Shown here piece after piece: positions 35,301 to 47,268 of a DNA stretch of 64,000 bases. The stretch is from Bugula neritina (lineage: Eukaryota; Animalia; Bryozoa): the NCBI GenBank assembly GCA_964035545.1, contig OZ037772.1, forward strand, positions 5,874,889 through 5,938,888, given 5' to 3'. The notes under the pieces are model-generated. The model had not been told where the DNA came from and did not search any database. It saw nothing but the letters and a program-made list of their open reading frames with translations. A program made the position numbers and the translations under genes. The stretch's first letter is position 1. Each line of letters begins with the position of its first letter.

Positions 35301-38300
35301 CAAATATCATCTAATTATTGTAAGCTTTTTAAGTTAATTTGTCTAGCTATAAACACATGTAAAACTATTAGGCTATTCCAATTTCACGATATACATAGCT
35401 CTATAATTCTGAATAACTGCTAGGTAAAGTGGAAATTAAACATGATCTATTCATTGCTAAAGTATTACAGCTATGAATAATATATATGTGATTACCTGAG
35501 TGATATCACAATCTTCACTTGCTAAGTTAGTTTAAATACAGGAAAAAAAATTAATCTGGGGAAAAATTATATATGAGAAGCTGTTTTTGTAATAATTCCC
35601 TGCTCTAGAGTGGTTTAGAAGAATTGTTTTAAAGCAAAACTTTTGCATACATGAGTTGAATAAAATCATTGAGAGTTTTATGAAGGTCTATTTGTGTATA
35701 GGTAGCCCTATGTCACAACTCAAGTTTTTAGATTTTATGTAATTTGTGGTGCAAAGTTGCAAATAAAAACCTTCTTTTAATAATACTTAGACATATGCAA
35801 GCAATAAAGATAATGAAAAAAATGCTATAGTTGCTAATTAGCTAATATTACTTGCATATGATGCAAATATTTGTATGCATGCATGTTTAGTTTATTAGCA
35901 TTGGTTAGATATAATTGAATATATAGATTTGATGTGGAAATTGAAGAAAATCAATATGTTGTGTTCTATATACAACAACAGTTTTTACATTGGTTTGTTA
36001 ATTACTTCATAAATCATTTATTACTTCATGCAATATTTGTTCCTGCAATTTTGCAGAGTGGCAAAATGCATTTCAAAGACATATATTAAGTGATTTTAAT
36101 TATACTAGAATTTTCAAACTAAGAATTTTTGGGGAGTTTTCTTCTTCCTAAGACATATGTGGCAATTGAACACATAATAAGTTGTAGGCCACAACTCCTT
36201 TATACAACCTTGCAAGAAATTATGCAGCCATTTAAATAGAAAAGGAATTATTGAATTTATTTATTCAACATTATTAGTATTTTATAAATATTTGTTGCAT
36301 TTAATTAATGAGCATAAAATTTGTTTTACAAATACTGTAATTAACAGCATATGGTAAAAATATATTATATATACTGGTATATATTTTGTATTGTATTAGA
36401 TTTAGGCTACATTGCTAATTAAAATGAGTTAATGGCTAAGTTTAAATATCTTCGACTTATAGATTACATTTTTATGTGCTATAAAAATTTAACTCGTTTG
36501 TTACGACATTTCTCCATGCATAAAAGCAAAACTTACGGCAAGAAATCCTTAGCTAGAAAGATAAATAATAATTTACTTTAATTACATCAAAAGCTAATAT
36601 CAGCAAGCATTCTATAAATAATGGGAATTTACCTAGTGTAATTTTTCTTAAACTAGCTAAGCTTGCTTGGTACTTTAATAAGTTTATTGGCATAGTGTAT
36701 TATGTTATACTTATATATTTTTAAGACTTTAAGGAAAATGATGTTTTAGCTGCGTTATTCCTAATGCAAGCCTTATAAATTTACAATATATACTAAAATA
36801 TTATATTTGTAATTAGAAAGAAAACAAATTACTTTCATAAACTTATAATTATTGCATTCTGTTATTGTTAATGCTAGAATAACAAATTGAACACGGCATA
36901 TGCTTCCCTAACCAGATGCTTTTAAACGGATTAAAAATAATTTGTCAATTTCTAATTATGAGGAACAAACTCCCCGGTAGTTTCTACATTTGCGCATGAT
37001 TTTATCAAGATAGGCTTGCTTTTGTGTCAACCTGTAGCCAGTGCAACTATACTTTATGTAACGAGTAAAACAGACTCATTTCAAAGTACACAGTCTAAAG
37101 GGTAGGAATTACTACAAAGAAAAGTGCCGGTTAAAAGTTAATTATAATTGGAAATAAGGTGAAATATCAGTCAGAAATTAAAAAGTGTCAACTAAAAAGG
37201 TGTATTGTTATTTCTTTTTGGCTTAATGAAAATGTTTTTTGAGGAAGAAGTACGAGAAACATCTAGGAGGGGTTCATATCCACCACTGGCGACTACCTGT
37301 TTATTGATGAAGAACTATCCAATGATAGTACAGTATTATGGTCTTTTGCCTTATAATTGGCTTTGCTTTTTTTATGTCTAATTACGAGATACTAAACAGA
37401 TGCAAAGTATGTTGTGCATAGGCAGTTTTTTTATGTCTCTAAACAACATTCTAGGAAAATATATACTGCCTTTTTTCTATACAAATGATACTTTGTAAGT
37501 TAATTTTGAGTATAAGTTTGCAAAATACAACCAACTTTTAACTGTCTAATGTTGTATCATTCTATACTAATCACTTTATGTTTTCCAAGTCCAATTGTGT
37601 GTTGAGCATGTTTGAAAATAATATAAAAACTATATAATAAATATGATTTATGGCAATTTAAACTTTATTATTGTATAATGACTTCAAAATATTCCAAAAT
37701 TATATATTATATGACCATCAGCCACGATTACTGCACTGTAGTCTATTTCCACATCTGTTTGTGCATATCTCTGGATGAATTATTAGATTAGGCCAAATAA
37801 TAGGAGTTACAGGTTATACTTCATCATTTTTATGAAAGTTGGATAGTTATAATAATACACGAAATGATATTTAAATTTTTGTGTCTTGCAAATTCCATAT
37901 TAACTTTGAATCAAGTTTAATACTTTATTAACTCTAAAAGAAATTACATGAAGTTCTTATTAAGACTAACATATGCAGGATTGCAAAGATGCCAGAATTG
38001 TAAAATTGTAGGTTCTAGTTCTAGCCCCAGCTTAAATAGAAACAGCATGATATATACAATGAAAAACAGTAGAAAAACTGCCTAGATTTGGTTGTTATTA
38101 TGTTTATAAAATAAATACACTATAGCTACTATAGCTACATATAGCTGTTCATCAAATTTGTGTGTGCTAAAAATAGGTGCTCTAAAAATAGATATAAAGC
38201 TGGATTCTATAATAAGTTTTCAATGCGATTTACTTATACTTGTTTATGAAGATGTTGATGTATTTTATGTCAGAAAATTTAAAAAAGTCTCTATAACAAC

Positions 38301-38789
38301 AAAAAGAACTGCAATACTTTTAATTCTATTATAGAAAATGTATAATATATGTGTCAGAGAGTTATATTATAGAGCGACTATTGAATGAAGTAAAGCGATA
38401 ATATTCTGGTTCAGGTAATAGTGTATTTCCCCTCGGACTTGTTCTGGAACAAAAGAAATTATAATATAATCAATTTTTATCTCCAATTTGAATGGAAAAA
38501 AGAATTACCATTCAGTCAACAAGAGTTTACTGATATAATTATTAAATATTTAAAGTTAGTTGGTCCCGTGAACATTGTTGTATAATTTAAATATAAGCTA
38601 TAAATTATTAATAAAAAGCAGTACAAACGAAAAACTATTGTCGTTGAAAAATTATATCAATTATTCATTTTGAATGTTTGATGTCTATGTGTAGTTGGTC
38701 TCATATCTCTGTTCACTTTAAATAGGTAGTTCGTTTTCAGCTGTGCTCCAGTTTACATCACAACTTTCCTTTTTAACTATGCATGGGAA

Positions 38790-40539
38790 ATGATGAGAAA
38801 TTTGAAGCAAAGTGTGATAGTGGTAATATATTTAACAGTGGTGGCATATTCTACAGAGCTCTCTTGTGGTAGGTAAACATTTATATACTTATAAATTTTA
38901 GCAAGTTCAGATGTTTGTGAGTTATGACACTGAGTCGTTCTGTTAAAAGAGCACTTGTTATGTTGTGGCATCAGTAAGCAGTGTTGACAGGGCACCTGTA
39001 AGCATGTGTGACACTCGGAAGTACATGTTATAGTACTGCAGTGTAGTACACTAATAACTTTTACTGAGCTGATAACAGCATGTGAAAAATAGCAAAACTT
39101 GAATTTTCATTATTATATAGTTTTTACATGAATATAAGAAGTTTTATCACATTCATGTTATGCTCTATAACTATAGATATGTTTTTAGACAGATCACTTA
39201 ATGAGTATACCAACCAGATGTACACAGAACTCTTGGAAGCCGACCTCCAAATCAACCATACAACATACACAATATGTCTAAGTCTCTGTGCAGTCAACCA
39301 GTCATGTGCTGCTGTATCATATGATGGGTTTACAAGCACCTGCAAGATGTCAGGAACACCCAGTGTCATTGACAACTCAACTGACACTCAGAAAACAACA
39401 TCTGTTAAACAAGCATATTCCAGCACCACTCCGGTGTATGAGTTTTCAACCTTGCTTGCCAGAGGTATTCTAATAAAATAATATGCCATTTATAGATATA
39501 TGTCATTGGTCCAAAAGTCATTAGTGATGTTAGGAAGATCATTCAACCATAATTGCTTCTGTGCCACATATGAATAAGTCTCTAGTCCTCTTTAGAAAAA
39601 AAATTTCATCATAAGCGGTTTCTTTTTACAGGGATAGTGACTATAAACTTGTATTCGAGTATTGGTTAAATAGCCATTCAAATGGTGTTTATAGATTATC
39701 CAAATCTTAAGTAGCTCCAATAAAGTAATCAGGGAACATTTTTATTGCAATTCAGTTGCATAAAAAACCAAAGATCTTATAATAATTATTTTAAACACCA
39801 GTTAGTTTTTGTTTTTAAGAAAAAAGTGCTACAAAATCTAGCGGTATCAATAACCAGCGTATTTACAAAGCCAACAAGGCGATAGATGGCTTGTACCTCC
39901 CCTCTCAACATGGACGCGGGGAAACAGGCAGCTTGGCTCACACATACATTGAAGAATCTCCATGGATTCAAGTAGATCTGTATACCTGTCACTATGTGTA
40001 TGGTGTCAAGATCTGGGACAGATCTGAAAGTCAAAATCCAGGTAAACCATTAATGTTATATGTAGTAAAATTAGGGTGAAAGGTTGACCTTCAAGTAACT
40101 TTGTGGAGATTTTGATCTGAGCATAAATATATATTTGATTAGAAAGACTCACACTTATCGAATTATTTCTTTGTAAATAGCTATACATGCTCTTCCCAAA
40201 TGATAGGATGTAGAAAGGTATAACTTAAAGTTAGTTTTATTGTTTGTAAACATTTACATCGAACAAAATTTTGTTTTGTTCAATACTTTTATAGCTGTCA
40301 ACGACAGACTGGCTAATGTGAGAGTGACAGTTGGTGAAACTGACACTAACTTTGATGATCCACCAGAAGATGAGATCTGTGACTACCTTCCTGGACAACC
40401 ACCTGCAGATATATTTCTGGTTACATGTCATACTAGAATGTTTGGTAGATATGTGAGAGTAACAGCTGTTGAAGTGAATGAAAGATTGAACATCTACGAG
40501 ATGGAAATCCATGGACTAAAAATAAAATATGTCAATTGA
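38790..40539 (+). CDS. Secreted PAN/Apple + F-type lectin (fucolectin-like) protein, copy A, intact (~273 aa)
   Basis: Exons 38790-38868 (MMRNLKQSVIVVIYLTVVAYSTELSC), 39189-39464 (CLSLCAVNQSCAAVSYDGFTSTCKM = PAN), 39820-40041 (LAREKSATKSS...ANKAIDG...SLAHT...PWIQVDL...VKIWDR), 40295-40539 (RLANVRVTVG...C...C...GRYVRV...LNIYEMEIHG). His-X26-Arg spacing as in the F-type lectin motif. Confidence 0.87.
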
Positions 40540-41391
40540 TTTTTTATGCTATTGCAGCACTTGCAACCACAGGTTCACATAACAGTCAAAGCACCTGCGT
40601 CCACAGGCTCACATGTCACTCATTGCACAAGATGTCACATGTTAACATGTCACTCACAGCACCTGCATCATGCTTCGTGTGTTCCAAGATTATAGGCTGG
40701 TGAAATTTTTTGATCAGATGGTTTTTTGGTCTTCAACCATATTTGAAAGTTGGTATTATAAAACATTTTTATATAGTAAACCATTTTCAGGTAGTTATGT
40801 TTGTATTTCTTTTAAATATGTGACACATTTTAAGTTAATTTTGAATATAAGTTTTTTTTCTGAAGCTAACAAAATAAAACTAGTTTGCAACTATATCAAG
40901 CCTGTTGAGTTTAAGCATTGACGAGACTAAAGACTCACAGCATTTATACCTTAGTCAAAGAGTTTTACTTTTAGGATGTGATTTTAAAGAATACTATTTA
41001 ATCGTTGAACAATTTTCACTATGTCAATACACTGTAGCCTTGGTAGGCAGTTTTTCTTTAGTTGATCAACTGATGTCGTATTTGTTAGACTCATACGTAG
41101 GCATGCTGTCTCAGAAAAGAGGACTACTCCAATACTAAAGTAATCAATACGATAAGCAACTCCAAAATTGCATAAAATTGGTATTCTAAATTTAAATTGT
41201 CGACACTTTAATTTGTGTTTTAATGTTATAAATTAAATTTAAAAAATAATACATTACATATGTTGACTGCGCTTAGCATCCAGTTGAGTAAAAAGCAACC
41301 AAGATGTTACTAAATAAAATATGAGTAGTTTTAGTTACATGATCAATGGTTTTGGTCTCATGCTGATGCATTCTATTTTTTCTCTAACTCT

Positions 41392-41690
41392 TCATATTAT
41401 TTGCTCGGCAGCCAAGAATATTTGAAATATTGAAGTGAAACTATTTGCAGACGTTAAAAGCAGAAAGCTATTGAACATTAGTTTCTTCCCATACACACTT
41501 CTATACAGGTGCTCTAATGAGTGCTTGCTAGTTCCAGCTACTCTGTGAGCTTCACACTTTCCTTGCTGGAGCTTCATATACTTTTTGCAAGTGTCTGCAA
41601 GTGGTTGCAGGTTTCGGGGTGGTGGTTGTGGAAGAGAAACGTCAGGTATAGAAATAGTAACGATCAGTGCACTGTAGTCTATCTCAGCAT
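41392..41690 (-). pseudogene. Duplicated orphan copy of the last exon and 3' UTR of the NHL-mucin receptor gene
   Basis: AEIDYSALIVTISIPDVSLPQPPPRNLQPLADT versus AEIDYSAVIMADEAYSIPIPSVSPPQPPPRNLQPPADT* at 50080-49962. Acceptor is AG>AA, stop is TGA>TGC, and there is a 15-nt deletion. Confidence 0.8.
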
Positions 41691-43254
41691 TTGTAACCAC
41701 GAAAAAGCATTCATACTCATATTCAGTACTTCTTCAAACACTGAGTCAATATTTTGGATTTATTTTACAAACAAGTATTTGTGAAACTTTTTTAATAAAA
41801 TTGCTAAGGAATCTTGGACTTGTATTGAAAAGCACAACATGCAAACTAGTAACAAATTATAGGCATTTAAAATGATGAAATGGTAGTTTCATAGATTTTT
41901 AATTATACAACTTTCGGTTTAGAACGTAAAGCTTCTATCAGTATTAAAAGAGCTAAATCTTAATCAAAGTACTTTAGACTTAACTTTCAAACATTCAGCT
42001 AATGTTTTTGCCAATTTTTTGTACCCGTTTTTTTACTACAAAATTCAGAAACTGTTGCTATAGCTATGTAGAGACTTCTGCTGTCATGTAACGTGTGAAT
42101 CTGATTTTTAGTTTATGTAAAGAAGTTTCAATTAAAGTGGTGAGAGGAGACTCGTAATAAATTTAATGTAGTCACTTCAAACATTATAAGTGTTAACTTC
42201 ATAGTTTTAATGCGTTCATTAGAGATTCAGGCCTGAGATTTCAAGTTACTGTTTCTAATGCCATGCAGTAGTCATTAACAGCTATAAAGCTGAATGCTAG
42301 AATCTTTCTAATATTAGTTTTAAATGCAACTTACTTATACTTGTTTGGGAAGACATTGATGTATTCTATGCAATTAACTTTTAAAAGATCTCTATAATAA
42401 CAAAGAGAACTGCAAGACTTTTAATTATATAGAAGAGTGTTTACTTGTGTCTGAGAGCTATATTATAGAGTGACTACTGAATGAAGCAAAAATCAATTAA
42501 GCTATATATTATAGCTTAATTGCCCCCCAAACTCATTGTGAAACAAAATAGTAATCATGCGCATATAATCAGTTTTTTCTCTCAAATCGAAATCGAGAAT
42601 AAAAATTAGCAATCAGTCAACGAGGGCTTACTTATACGTATTAAATATTTAAACTTAGCTGGCCCATGAGCACTCTGTTTTATAATTAATATATAAGCTA
42701 ATAATAAAAAAGCAGTGCATATAGAAATTCAACATAATAGAAAAAGTCTATCAATTATTCTTTTTCAATATATGATGTCTCCGCCTAGCTTCTTCGATAT
42801 GTTTTTCACTAAGTAGATCATTTTCAGCTGTGTTCCAGTACAAACCACATCTTTCTCTTTTAACTATAAATGGGAAACAATGGGAAACCTGAAGCAAAGT
42901 GTGATAATGGTAATATATTGGACAGTGGTGGCATATTCTACAGAGCTCTCTTGTGGTATGTAAATGTGTTTATTTAAAAATTTCAGCAAATGCATATGTT
43001 TATTCATTGTGACACTAAAGAGTTAGATTGACAGAGCACTTGCTATTTTGTGGCATCAGTTTAAGCTTTGTTGACAGGGCACCTGTAAGCACTTGTGACA
43101 CTGGGAATTAACTGCTATAGTGCTGCAGTGTGATAAATTTTAAAGACTTTTACTGAAACTGTGAACAATATATGAGAGAGAGCTAAACTTATTGTATTTC
43201 ATTATCAATTATGTCCAAATATTTGCAGATTTATACATTTTAAATACAGGCCTT

Positions 43255-43470
43255 TTTCACATGAGCTCACGCAAGTTTATAGTCACTATTGCTTTGAGAA
43301 ACCCCTGATGAAAGAGGTTTTTTTAAATCAGGTCAAGGATTTATTGAAATGAGGCGCAGAAACAAGTATGCTCAATCTCTAACAACACCGATGGTTTTTG
43401 TCGGGGCTCAAACCCATGACTTCCTGCTTACTAAGCAAATGCTCTAAACTCTAGACCACGGCTGCTGCTG
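43255..43470 (-). mobile_element. SINE family 1 copy in intron 1 of lectin B
   Basis: ctcacgcaagtttatagtcac...gagaaacccctgatg...ctagaccacggctgc; absent from the copy A intron. Confidence 0.75.
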
Positions 43471-43847
43471 CCTATTCTTTACATGCATTAACCCTAGTAT
43501 TAAATTATATGAAAGGCTAAAAGTTATTTGCCTCCACTGGGAATTGCAACCGAAACCTCCGGTTAGCAAGTAAGCTGTGTTAAGCATTCCCTCACAGGGG
43601 CAACTAAGAGATCATGACACTGCAGATTGTAATACTAAATGATATTACCCGTTAGTGAAGCAAAAGGAAAAAAGTGTAATACAAAACTTCATATATATGT
43701 CTTGTTATATACCGTTGGTACTTTAACTCCCTCATTGTAGGAGGTTCTATCACATTTGTTTTATGTTCTATAATTATGGATATGTTTTTAGACAGAGAAC
43801 TTCATGAGTATACCAACCAGATGTACACAGAACTCTTGGAAGCCGAC

Positions 43848-44042
43848 TGTTGTATCCTGGCTAAGTGTCCACATCTGTTTTACCAATTATGTGTGAAAGG
43901 TTAATGTACTTATTTTATTAGTCATGGTTTTGAGTGCAATATTATTATGTGCTTGATTGTAAAGCAGTCAGTTGTTATAGCGAGTGCAAGCAGTGCAAAA
44001 TAAACTTTTACTCTCCCTTTACACGAAATCCACATTGATACA
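43848..44042 (+). repeat. 5' LTR (195 bp)
   Basis: Direct repeat of 47074-47268 with 2 transitions; begins TGT, ends ACA; contains AATAAA. Confidence 0.95.
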
Positions 44043-44043
44043 A

Positions 44044-44053
44044 TGGCGACGAG
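44044..44053 (+). promoter_or_regulatory. Primer-binding site TGGCGACGAG (complementary to the 3' end of tRNA-Ser(GCU), ...CUCGUCGCCA)
   Basis: Lies 1 nt after the 5' LTR; the tRNA identity is from my knowledge of typical eukaryotic tRNA-Ser(GCU) 3' ends. Confidence 0.75.
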
Positions 44054-44109
44054 AATATAAACTATATTACTTACAACTGGAATATTACTACTCTGGGCAA
44101 TTTCTAACC

Positions 44110-46608
44110 ATGGCTGTCTCTCTGGACACTAGTACAAGCAACGTGAGGACTTTTTCTGTGTCTACAGATCCCCTGACTGTTGGATCAAGGTGGAAGAAGT
44201 GGAAGAGGGCGTTTGAGTACTTTGTTGTAGGGAGAGGGGTTACAAATGCTGCTCAGAAAAAGGCACTGCTATTAAACATGGCTGGCGAAGAAGTGCAAGA
44301 CATATTTGAAGTACTGCCAGCTGGAGAGGGTGCTAATGAATATGCCAGGGCTATGGCAGCACTAGATACTCACTTCACACCCAAGACAAACATTCCCTAT
44401 GAAAGGTCAGTTTTTCGTAGAACAGAGCTGACAAGTGGGGAGACAATCACAAACTACATCACAAGACTACGACAGCTTGCTATTACCTGCGAATATGACG
44501 ATGTGGACAATGTAATTAGAGATCAGGTAATTGAAAAATGTAAGTCTAGTCATCTACGTAGGAAATTACTAGAGAGAGGCTCAGAATTGACACTGGCTCA
44601 TGTAATTTCTATTTCTCAAACGGAGGAAGCTGTCAGTATGCAAAGTGCGGACATTCATAGCTCTGGAGCTGCTGTAAATAGTGTGAGGAATGGCAGAAGT
44701 AAACCACACAAGAAAGACACACATTATGCGTCAAAGGAAAAGAGCTGTTTCAGGTGCAGATCTACAAGGCATGTAGCCTCTTCAGAGGAATGCCCAGCTC
44801 GCACAAAGATGTGTAGGTCATGTGGCAAGAAAGGACATTTTGCCGGGGCCAAGTTTTGCAGAGGAGCTAAGGGACAGATAAACTCTATGGATAATAGTGC
44901 TAAGAAGTATACTGCTGATACTGAGGATGATATTGAAGCCTTGTTTACTGTTAGTGACAATACTGGAGGTGAGATGTTCAACATCAATGCAGCAAGGTCA
45001 GCTAAGCTCTCAGTTCAGGTGAACAATACCAATTTATCTGTACTAATTGACTCAGGAGCTTCTAGCAATTTATTAGATAGAAATACTGCTAAATTAGTAG
45101 GTTGTGTAGTAAAACCAACAACCAAACAATTATTTGCTTATGGTAACAAATCTGCATGCTTAGACTTGATAGGTGAAACTGATGTAAATGTTTTTGTGCC
45201 TTCTACTGGTAAATGTGTGCATGCTAAGTTTTACATATTTAATGGTACTGCTACTACATTGTTATGTAAAAGTACATCTGAGCAGTTGGGTGTGCTGAGG
45301 GTTGGTCCTGTAAGTGAGGGGGTTCACTTTGCTTCTGTGAATAATGTTGCTGATGAGCATCTAATGATGATAGCTAAACTGTCAGTGCCCATGGCAATGA
45401 GTTTTAATGAAATTAAAAATGCTGCTGCTAAATGTTTGGAGATGGGCCAGGTTAGAAAGTCACTAATCAGTGGCCTATGGTCAAACTGCCTTCCTGCATA
45501 CAAAGCTGTCATGACTGAACTAGCTGAAGTTGAAGGAGTAGTCATGAGGGGCAATAGGATTGTAATGCCTGTGTCATTAAGGTCAGTAGCAGTGGAGTTG
45601 GCTCATGAGGGTCACCAGGGTACAAGTAAGACAAAACAGTTGTTGCGTACAAAATCGTGGTGGCCAGGCATGGATCAGGACGTAGAGAGGTTTTGTAAAG
45701 GTTGCTATGAGTGCCAGCTTGTCAGTGCACCGAGCAGACCGCCACCCATGTCCAGTACAAAAATGCCAGACAAGCCATGGGAACACATTGCTTGTGATTT
45801 ACTGGGTCCATTACCCAATGGAGAGAGTATTCTCGTAGTGGTTGACTATTACAGTCGTTATTTTGAGGTAGCATTTCTGAGGTCAACAGTTGCTACAAAA
45901 ATAGTTGAAACTATTGAAGCTATGTTCTGTAGATGGGGAGTTCCATCAAGTATTAGAACTGACAATGGACCACAGTTTGTTAGTCAATCATTTCAGGAAT
46001 TTCTAAATGAGTATGGTGTATTCTGGATGTCCACCACACCAATGTGGCCGGCTGCCAATGGTGAAGTGGAGAGACAAAATAGGAGCCTATTGAAAGCACT
46101 CAAGATAGCTCACATTTCAGGCAAAGACCATAAAGCTGAGTTGAGAAAATTTCTGCTAAGTTATCGTTCAACACCACACTCTGTTACTGGTGTTTCTCCT
46201 GCAGAACTCATGTTGGGGAGAAAACTCCAAACGAAGCTTCCTTGCTTAGAGAAGTCAAACAGACTAGATGAAGAGGTACGAGACCGCCAAGCAGTTGCAC
46301 AGGAGAAGAGTAAGAGTTACTTAAGTAATCAGGCTCATATACCCGATGTCAGTGTAGGAGATGAAGTCTTGATTCGTCAGAATAAAACTGACAAGCTCAG
46401 TGCAACATATGATCCGGAGTCTCAACAGGTTGTTAGCAAACAAGGGTCAGAGGTCGTAGTCCAGTCTAAAAAAGGTATTGAGAAACGCAGAAATGTGTCG
46501 GATGTCAAGCCACTGACTCCAACTTCGAGTCAGGCTATTGCTGTTACTGATAGGCCTTTGAGAAACAGGAAACCTCCTGATAGATATGGGGTCACAGTGA
46601 CTCATTAA
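44110..46608 (+). CDS. Gag-protease-integrase polyprotein (832 aa from ATG 44110) lacking RT and RNase H
   Basis: Gag (WKKWKRAFEYF...), two CCHC knuckles (CFRCRSTRH..C; CRSCGKKGH..C), protease LIDSGAS, integrase HHCC (HEGH...CYEC), and D,D35E (CDLLGP / TDNGPQF / GEVER). No YxDD motif or RNase H motifs are visible. Confidence 0.93.
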   Translation: MAVSLDTSTSNVRTFSVSTDPLTVGSRWKKWKRAFEYFVVGRGVTNAAQKKALLLNMAGEEVQDIFEVLPAGEGANEYARAMAALDTHFTPKTNIPYERSVFRRTELTSGETITNYITRLRQLAITCEYDDVDNVIRDQVIEKCKSSHLRRKLLERGSELTLAHVISISQTEEAVSMQSADIHSSGAAVNSVRNGRSKPHKKDTHYASKEKSCFRCRSTRHVASSEECPARTKMCRSCGKKGHFAGAKFCRGAKGQINSMDNSAKKYTADTEDDIEALFTVSDNTGGEMFNINAARSAKLSVQVNNTNLSVLIDSGASSNLLDRNTAKLVGCVVKPTTKQLFAYGNKSACLDLIGETDVNVFVPSTGKCVHAKFYIFNGTATTLLCKSTSEQLGVLRVGPVSEGVHFASVNNVADEHLMMIAKLSVPMAMSFNEIKNAAAKCLEMGQVRKSLISGLWSNCLPAYKAVMTELAEVEGVVMRGNRIVMPVSLRSVAVELAHEGHQGTSKTKQLLRTKSWWPGMDQDVERFCKGCYECQLVSAPSRPPPMSSTKMPDKPWEHIACDLLGPLPNGESILVVVDYYSRYFEVAFLRSTVATKIVETIEAMFCRWGVPSSIRTDNGPQFVSQSFQEFLNEYGVFWMSTTPMWPAANGEVERQNRSLLKALKIAHISGKDHKAELRKFLLSYRSTPHSVTGVSPAELMLGRKLQTKLPCLEKSNRLDEEVRDRQAVAQEKSKSYLSNQAHIPDVSVGDEVLIRQNKTDKLSATYDPESQQVVSKQGSEVVVQSKKGIEKRRNVSDVKPLTPTSSQAIAVTDRPLRNRKPPDRYGVTVTH

Positions 46609-47073
46609 ATTCTTTATTGCTTGGTAGATTAGTTTATTAGTTGTTAGTCTCATTAGTTTGTAGAGTTCATATTGCAATTTACAGGGTGACTTGACTGGTT
46701 TACTTAGTGTTTGTGTTGGTTCGGAGACTTGTGTAATCTGGACCAGTCTGATACTTGCTAGTAGTTGGTTGGCGTGTCTTGCTGGGGCTGTGTGTTGTGG
46801 CTGTGGGATTCGGTGGTGGCTCTGTGTGTCCCTCATTGCAGGTTTGCCCTCAGCTCATTCCACACTGCTCACTGTACTTAGTTTAGTTGCTTTAGTTTGA
46901 TATTATGCATTTTATGTAAACTATAGATTTTCAAGGTTCACTGTAATTTGGCTTTACTTAGTTTATTTCAGTATTAATTTTATGGTATTATGTTTTTGGT
47001 TTACCTGAAGTTTGTTGAATTGTTATAAATTTTTATTACGCTAGTATTAAAGCTTTTTCAAGAAAGAAAGGGT

Positions 47074-47268
47074 TGTTGTATCCTGGCTAAGTGTCCACAT
47101 CTGTTTTACCAATTATGTGTGAAAGGTTAATGTACTTATTTTATTAGTCATGGTTTTGAATGCAATATTATTATGTGCTTGATTGTAAAGCAGTCAGTTG
47201 TTATAGCGAGTGCAAGCAGTGCAGAATAAACTTTTACTCTCCCTTTACACGAAATCCACATTGATACA
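47074..47268 (+). repeat. 3' LTR (195 bp)
   Basis: Preceded by a polypurine tract and followed by TSD CCGAC. Confidence 0.95.

Larger units (their letters stand above)
43848..47268 (+). mobile_element. Ty3/Gypsy (Mag-like) LTR retrotransposon, 3421 bp, non-autonomous (no RT or RNase H)
   Basis: TG...CA LTRs at 43848-44042 and 47074-47268; TSD CCGAC at 43843-43847 and 47269-47273; PBS TGGCGACGAG at 44044-44053; PPT AAGAAAGAAAGGG at 47060-47072; internal Gag-PR-IN ORF. Confidence 0.95.

Noticed and set aside
39128-39188. ATG 39128 as the start of lectin A
   Set aside because: The paralog lacks this start but conserves the gtttttag acceptor and the upstream signal-peptide exon.
43984-44109. 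42-aa N-terminal extension of the Gag ORF
   Set aside because: It starts at GTG inside the LTR and runs across the PBS; ATG 44110 in good context (ACCATGG) is the likely start.
46447-46900. Hydrophobic 69-aa ORF at the env position and a 129-aa antisense ORF
   Set aside because: The sense ORF has a non-ATG start; both are short, explained by GT-rich composition, and show no env or other motifs.
43848-47268. Ginger-type DNA transposon or domesticated gag/integrase gene
   Set aside because: It has direct LTRs, a PBS, a PPT, Gag, a protease and a fresh TSD, so it is a retroelement insertion.
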